A stretch of 64,000 bases of DNA from an uncultured Desulfosarcina sp. (lineage in GTDB: Bacteria; Desulfobacterota; Desulfobacteria; Desulfobacterales; Desulfosarcinaceae). This document shows, piece after piece, positions 58,866-64,000 of the stretch (positions are counted from its first letter, which is position 1; every line of letters begins with the position of its first letter). Location: positions 960,001-1,024,000 of the forward strand of contig CAXXWQ010000003.1 in assembly GCA_963674945.2 (NCBI GenBank), in the 5' to 3' direction. The notes below the pieces were generated by a model that did no database searches, was not told the DNA's origin, and saw nothing but the letters and a program-made list of their open reading frames with translations. The position numbers were made by a program, and so were the translations under genes.

Positions 58866-59684
58866 ATTGCCATCCTTGTATCCGAAAAATGCGTGCAGTA
58901 AGGGGGTCAAGCCACCGGCTCTAATTACATTGAGATAGGGATCAGGCTTTCACATTGAATCCCCAGAAATTCTGATAGGCTCCGATATCCAATGACACAA
59001 TGGGTACACGGTCGTCAAGCCCCCATGCGTTCCGATTCGATGCCGGTGCTGTCCCTGGTACCTGCCGACTGATTTCCGCATGGGTCCGCTGCCAGATGGG
59101 CTTTTTCATGTGCCTTTCAGAGAAAATATCGATTGTACCCCTTATTAGAATTGAATAAAACTATTGGACAAATTGAAAAATCTTATATTAAGTAGCCTTT
59201 TTAACTCCATATGAAAGGGGGTGATCGATATGCGTCAACGCAGATGAAATTGTAGTCAACAAGAAGCGTGTCTTCTCGTGGATTTGAAAGAAGCGTTTGA
59301 AAATGGGTTTGGTGTAGCATTGGTGCAGAAGCAGTCGATCGCCCTTAAGACCTTCCATCGTTACGGGCAATCCGCATAACTTCACTATCATGGGTTCTTT
59401 TGCGCCATTCATGCTTCCGCTGTCGGCCTCAATCAGCCCAATTTGCGACATGTATTCGTAAATAGGGGCCGTGCAAATAACCTCCCATTCCTTCAAGCTG
59501 GATCGCTGTTGCACAGCGATAGCCGATTACGTTTCGGTTTTCTCAAAAGCTTTATCAGCTTCTTGCGAAGCGATGTCTTGTCCATGTTTGTATGACACCG
59601 TATGTCGCATTCTCGAAATAAAGGAGTCCGATTGAACGGCAAACGAGAAAATACTCGAAAAATTGAAACTGAAAGGAGAGGAAA

Positions 59685-60038
59685 ATGGCAGATAGGGAGG
59701 CATTGAAGAAACGATTGGATCAGGCAGTGGAAAAACTTGCGGATATCGGACCCGACATTGCGGACGACTGGGGTGGAACCATCCTTTTTAAAGTTCCTGA
59801 CCTGGAAACGGGCTGGATGATGAAGATGGCCATGGATGGTACCGTGGAAAGCCTTGAAGAGAAGGTCGACGAGGAAGCCGCTACCAGTATCATCGATGCG
59901 GATAGCGACATACTTCTCGGCATCCTCAATGGTGATGTCAATCCGACGCAGGCAAGAGCTGAGGGTAAGATGCGTGCAGAAAAGGCCCTGGACGGTCTCG
60001 CCCTGGTTTTGGTACCGATTATCGGACCACCTGAATGA
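59685..60038 (+). CDS. SCP2 sterol/lipid-binding domain protein
   Basis: ADSDILLGILNGDVNPTQARAEGKMRAE; AAGGAG RBS. Confidence 0.8.
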   Translation: MADREALKKRLDQAVEKLADIGPDIADDWGGTILFKVPDLETGWMMKMAMDGTVESLEEKVDEEAATSIIDADSDILLGILNGDVNPTQARAEGKMRAEKALDGLALVLVPIIGPPE

Positions 60039-60083
60039 TAAATGACAGAAAGAACCATCAACTTGTGTAAGGAGAAGATCAAA

Positions 60084-60551
60084 ATGATGAACATGTACGG
60101 CAAGGAACTCAAATTCCCTGAAGATCTCTATTATTCGGAAGAGTTTATCTGGGTCAAGGACCTGGGTGGAAACAAGGTTCAAATCGGTATTTCAGATCTT
60201 GGCGTCAAGGCGGTGAAGGAATTGGCCCATGTAAAGATAGATGCCAAAGTCGGCGATCAAATCTCCAAGGGAAAGCCAATCGGACATGTGGAGACAAGCA
60301 AGGGCATCTGGGAGATCATCGCCCCTGTATATGGGACCGTAATGGAGATAAACCCACCACTTACCAATGGCAACGCCTATCCGATCCAGATGGATCCATA
60401 TGGTAAAGGCTGGGTAATGGAGGTTGAAATCTCCGATGAAAACGAAGTAAAGGCACTGAAAAAGGGCTCGGATGAATCGACCAAGGCCTGGATCAACGAG
60501 AAAGTAGAAGAAAATGTGCCTTTGATGGATGACGACGACGATGATGATTAG
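60084..60551 (+). CDS. gcvH: glycine cleavage H-like lipoyl-carrier protein, copy 2
   Basis: Near-identical to 13509..13979, including VETSKG and acidic tail. Confidence 0.85.
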   Translation: MMNMYGKELKFPEDLYYSEEFIWVKDLGGNKVQIGISDLGVKAVKELAHVKIDAKVGDQISKGKPIGHVETSKGIWEIIAPVYGTVMEINPPLTNGNAYPIQMDPYGKGWVMEVEISDENEVKALKKGSDESTKAWINEKVEENVPLMDDDDDDD

Positions 60552-60583
60552 ACCGGCCATTACTGCTCATGACAACGATTTCC

Positions 60584-62473
60584 CTACGGTGCCACCACCT
60601 CGTTGGCCCGGTTTAGGCCGGCGCCGTCTTTACCGTAAACAGCCGCGGGGATGCCCTGGGCGGAGGACGGATAGTAGGTTTTCAGAAAATGCTCCAGGGC
60701 CATCCACTCCTTCAGTTCCTGGACCCCTGTTTCGGTTGAGGCATCGATGCGCAGGTCGGCATAATCATCTGTCGAGACGGGATCACCGTTTTTGTCCTTG
60801 GGGATGATGTCGAGTCCCACCGAAGTCACCACGTCCATCATGCTCAGGGCATAAAGGTTGACGACCAGGTGGTAGAGGGTGGTGGTGTCGTTCAGATCCA
60901 GCTTCGTGCCGGAACCGGTGGTATTCATGTCCGGCGACAGGTAAACATCCGTTACCTTTTGTAGAAAATCGTTGGATGGCTGGTAGTCGTATCGGACGCC
61001 GGAAACGTTGATGTAGTAATTGCCCCCAAAAACGGGCGCCGCGCTGATGGAGATCTCGCAGATGTTCCGAATCTCCGGTGCCGTCACATAGACGCTCATC
61101 ATGGGATAACCGGGTGCGCTGTCGTCGTAGGGGGAGCTTCCCAGGGGCACTGCATTGTAGACATCGGAAAAGGAGATCATGCCGGTCTTGCCCCGATAGA
61201 TGTTGTCCCGAATTACGCCGCTGACGATAACGCCGACGGCATAAGGCTCATTGTCCACCGTATCCAGGTCGCTGGCGGATTGCCGGATGGCATCGGCGAC
61301 CAGATTTCCGAAACCGGTCTCTGTCATCGATTCCAGGGTGAGATCAAATTCGGTTTTGGAGACGATGTCATCCGCACCGACCCCGAGATCGCTTAATTGT
61401 GCATTCAAAACGGATTGATAGCCGTAAACCATGGTATCCATCTCTTCGTCTCCGGCCACCGTGTCATCCACGGGCATAAGTTCGAAGGCATAGCTCGTGA
61501 TCTTCTGCTGCTGCTTGCTGTAGGTAATATCCAGCCGGCTCAGATAGGATCCGTACTCTCCCGGGGAGAAGATGATCGTGCCGGAATCGCCCTTGACGAA
61601 GGCTGTGGTGGTGGCGGTATGCTCGTGGCCGGATGCGATGATGTCGATCCCGGTGACATTTTCCGCGATATCGGCGTCCTCGCCCGAACCATCCTTTATG
61701 ACGCCGGTATGGGAAAGCAAGACGACGACATCGGCACCGCTTGCCCGCAGGGCATCCACCTTGCCCTGTAAAAAGGCATATCCATGGTTGAAAACCACCG
61801 GATCGGCCAGTGGTGCATAGGATTCGGCGTCGCTGCCCATGATCCCCAAAACACCCACCGTCACGTCGCCGTCCATTGTGAAAAGCTCGCTTTCGACGAT
61901 AATCCCTGCCGCCACCAGGGTCTCTATGTCATCGTCCCCGCCGTCGGTCGGATTGGTCTGCAAGTTGGAAGCGATAATGGGGATGTCGAAACCCGATTGC
62001 CGCCCGGCCTCGATCAGGTCGTAAAGAGATGCATTGCCCCAATCGAATTCATGGTTTCCCAGGGTAATGGCATCATATTCCATGGCATCGAAAAAGGCGA
62101 AGGCGATGGGATCGGCGGCGGTGAGGTCATAGATCGTTCCCATCAAAAAATCACCGGAATCGACCAGCAAGACGGATTTTCCCGCAGCTTCGGCCTCGCT
62201 TCTGATTTGTCGGATCAATCCGGAAAGCCTTGCATAGCCGCCCAACACACTGTCCCCATCGCTACCATCAAGGGGCGTGTAATCCAGTTGGGGGCCGTAG
62301 CCCGCGGCGTGATGATGCAGGTCCGATGTCTGTAGAATGACCAGGGAGACGGAGTCGGGTACTTCATGATCGTCGTCGTCATCGAAGAGACCGCAACCGG
62401 TAACCAGGATAAAACCGAAACAGATCACCATCATTATTAGAAAACCACAACATTGTCTTGGTTTGCTCGCCAT
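60584..62473 (-). CDS. 5'-nucleotidase / metallophosphoesterase lipoprotein
   Basis: SDLH, DSGD, GNHEFD, LSHTG, GHEH, GNLVADA; VTGC lipobox. Confidence 0.9.
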   Translation of the reverse strand: MASKPRQCCGFLIMMVICFGFILVTGCGLFDDDDDHEVPDSVSLVILQTSDLHHHAAGYGPQLDYTPLDGSDGDSVLGGYARLSGLIRQIRSEAEAAGKSVLLVDSGDFLMGTIYDLTAADPIAFAFFDAMEYDAITLGNHEFDWGNASLYDLIEAGRQSGFDIPIIASNLQTNPTDGGDDDIETLVAAGIIVESELFTMDGDVTVGVLGIMGSDAESYAPLADPVVFNHGYAFLQGKVDALRASGADVVVLLSHTGVIKDGSGEDADIAENVTGIDIIASGHEHTATTTAFVKGDSGTIIFSPGEYGSYLSRLDITYSKQQQKITSYAFELMPVDDTVAGDEEMDTMVYGYQSVLNAQLSDLGVGADDIVSKTEFDLTLESMTETGFGNLVADAIRQSASDLDTVDNEPYAVGVIVSGVIRDNIYRGKTGMISFSDVYNAVPLGSSPYDDSAPGYPMMSVYVTAPEIRNICEISISAAPVFGGNYYINVSGVRYDYQPSNDFLQKVTDVYLSPDMNTTGSGTKLDLNDTTTLYHLVVNLYALSMMDVVTSVGLDIIPKDKNGDPVSTDDYADLRIDASTETGVQELKEWMALEHFLKTYYPSSAQGIPAAVYGKDGAGLNRANEVVAP

Positions 62474-62680
62474 CTTGGATCTCCTTTTTTGCCCGCCTGT
62501 CGATGAAAGTCATACCGTTTTTGCTATTTAAAATTTTTTCTTTTGGCATTACATTAATTAAATTGATAGTACTATCACTGTCCTTGACCCGATAACCGTT
62601 TTTCTGCGGATACGTTGTTATTACTATGTAATTGTCGCAACGGCAATAAATGGTTTTACCCAATTAAAAGAAGAGATGAA

Positions 62681-63577
62681 ATGAAAGATGGCGAGGAGAC
62701 GATTATCGGCAGTCGGAAAAACTATGCCGATAATGATTTTGAAAGGAAAGTTCCTCGTCTGACGTGTATGACGGGTGATCATATCGGACGCAGGATCATG
62801 CTTGCCGATGATCGAATCACCTTAGGACGATCCCATGATGCGACCATTTATCTGCGCGACGCACATGTGTCACGGCTTCACCTGTCCATTTCCTTCGACC
62901 CGGATCTGGGAGTGTATCGTGTCACGGATTTGGGAAGTTCCAACGGAACATGGGTAAATGGAAAGCGTATTTGCGATGCGATCCTAAAAGAATCGGATAA
63001 GATTATCATCGGACAAACCATGCTCCGTTTTGGTTGGGCAGATGAATTGGACCTGGAGTATCAGGCCGAAATCGACCAGTTACTGAATATCGATGAACTG
63101 ACCGGTTTGCTTGTCAAGCGCCGTTTCGATGAAGAGATGGACCGGGCGATTGCAGTCGCCAAAAATCAAGGCGATGATCTGGCGATGATCATGATCGATA
63201 TCGACGGACTCAAGCAAATCAATGATAGGCACGGTCATGCGTTCGGTGCTTACACCATTGCGGAGACGGGAAAGCTGATCAAGGCAACCATCGATAAGAA
63301 GGGGTTGGCCTGTCGTTTCGGTGGAGATGAATTCATGGTCTTTTTGCCCAACCGCAACGCCGAGGAAGGGCGCCGAATCGCCGAAGAAATCCGCAGTCGT
63401 GTTGAAAACCACCCCTATGAAAAAAATGGTGTGCCCCTTACCCCTACTGTCAGCCTTGGAGCAACTGCGCTGAAACCCGATGATACCATGTCATCCATTT
63501 TTGATCGTGCCGATAAGGCGCTCTATTCGTCCAAAAACGCTGGCCGCAATGCGGTAAGTGTTTCTTATATAACTTAA
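62681..63577 (+). CDS. FHA-domain diguanylate cyclase
   Basis: GR...SRLH...DLGSSNGT (FHA); DELTGL, DIDGLKQINDRHGH, RFGGDEF. Confidence 0.92.
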   Translation: MKDGEETIIGSRKNYADNDFERKVPRLTCMTGDHIGRRIMLADDRITLGRSHDATIYLRDAHVSRLHLSISFDPDLGVYRVTDLGSSNGTWVNGKRICDAILKESDKIIIGQTMLRFGWADELDLEYQAEIDQLLNIDELTGLLVKRRFDEEMDRAIAVAKNQGDDLAMIMIDIDGLKQINDRHGHAFGAYTIAETGKLIKATIDKKGLACRFGGDEFMVFLPNRNAEEGRRIAEEIRSRVENHPYEKNGVPLTPTVSLGATALKPDDTMSSIFDRADKALYSSKNAGRNAVSVSYIT

Positions 63578-63636
63578 CCATTGTTGGGAAACAATGAGAA
63601 AATACGTCCCCGGCGCCACGTTTGTCCACACGGTAG

Positions 63637-64000
63637 GAGCAGGTGGCGGCAGTGGTAACTTTTTCCGGAAGCGGTCCGGTGCTGGCCATGGCCAAGAAGG
63701 CAAACGCATGCCAGACCCCGATCACTGCAGTCCTGGCCATTCACCCGGATATCACGAAAGAAAATGACTATGTGAACCAAATCTGTTTCGACAACATCTT
63801 CCAGGGAAATGTGGCGGTATTTTTCGTCAGAGATGATCTTCTCGTGGAACGGATGGCAATATTCAAGACGCCTGACAATTCTCACTCCAGCAACTTGGCC
63901 GCCGATTTCGAAGGTCTCATGGGAAAAATCACCATCGATGCCGAAGACAAGGCCCACTGCCCGGTGATCATCAATACCATACGGAACAACCAGTTGAAGT
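63637..64000 (+). pseudogene. probable truncated/internally deleted branched-chain amino-acid ABC substrate-binding protein
   Basis: Open + frame: SGPVLAMAKKANACQTP...HPDIT...QICFDNIFQG...SSNLAADFEGLMGKITID; no signal peptide; runs off window. Confidence 0.45.

Noticed and set aside
63574..63957. Minus-strand ORF at window end
   Set aside because: The plus-strand frame shows solute-binding-protein-like motifs and explains the region better
1..64000. CRISPR array or rRNA genes
   Set aside because: No regularly spaced repeat-spacer units or rRNA-like sequence seen

Overview
Bacterial genomic window; gene content, promoters and palindromic repeats suggest an anaerobic Desulfobacterota-like organism (inference). 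1-3862 is the right end of a prophage: nucleotide-metabolism genes, excisionase, tyrosine integrase and an att site formed by the 3' half of tRNA-Leu(GAG). A second, decayed att copy follows, then two paralogous small secreted-protein genes flanking a C39+M14+M14 peptidase fusion. 9.5-32.2 kb is the most interesting part, a catabolic cluster with three double-Lrp/AsnC regulators. It holds a URO-D/MtaA-family methyltransferase, a corrinoid protein, a GcvH-like lipoyl carrier, an MtrH/MtgA-like methyltransferase, a DUF1302/DUF1329 pair, one activase and two paralogous glycyl radical enzymes with an atypical GCVN active-site loop. A near-identical GcvH copy sits beside an SCP2 gene at 60 kb. The rest holds a VTC/DUF4956/2xDUF4353 operon, a sigma54-driven NuoEFG-like plus HdrA-MvhD fusion operon, an arylsulfatase/envelope region, a 5'-nucleotidase, an FHA-GGDEF gene, several MITE/REP-like elements and gene remnants. 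All family calls are from motif recognition by eye; no searches were run.
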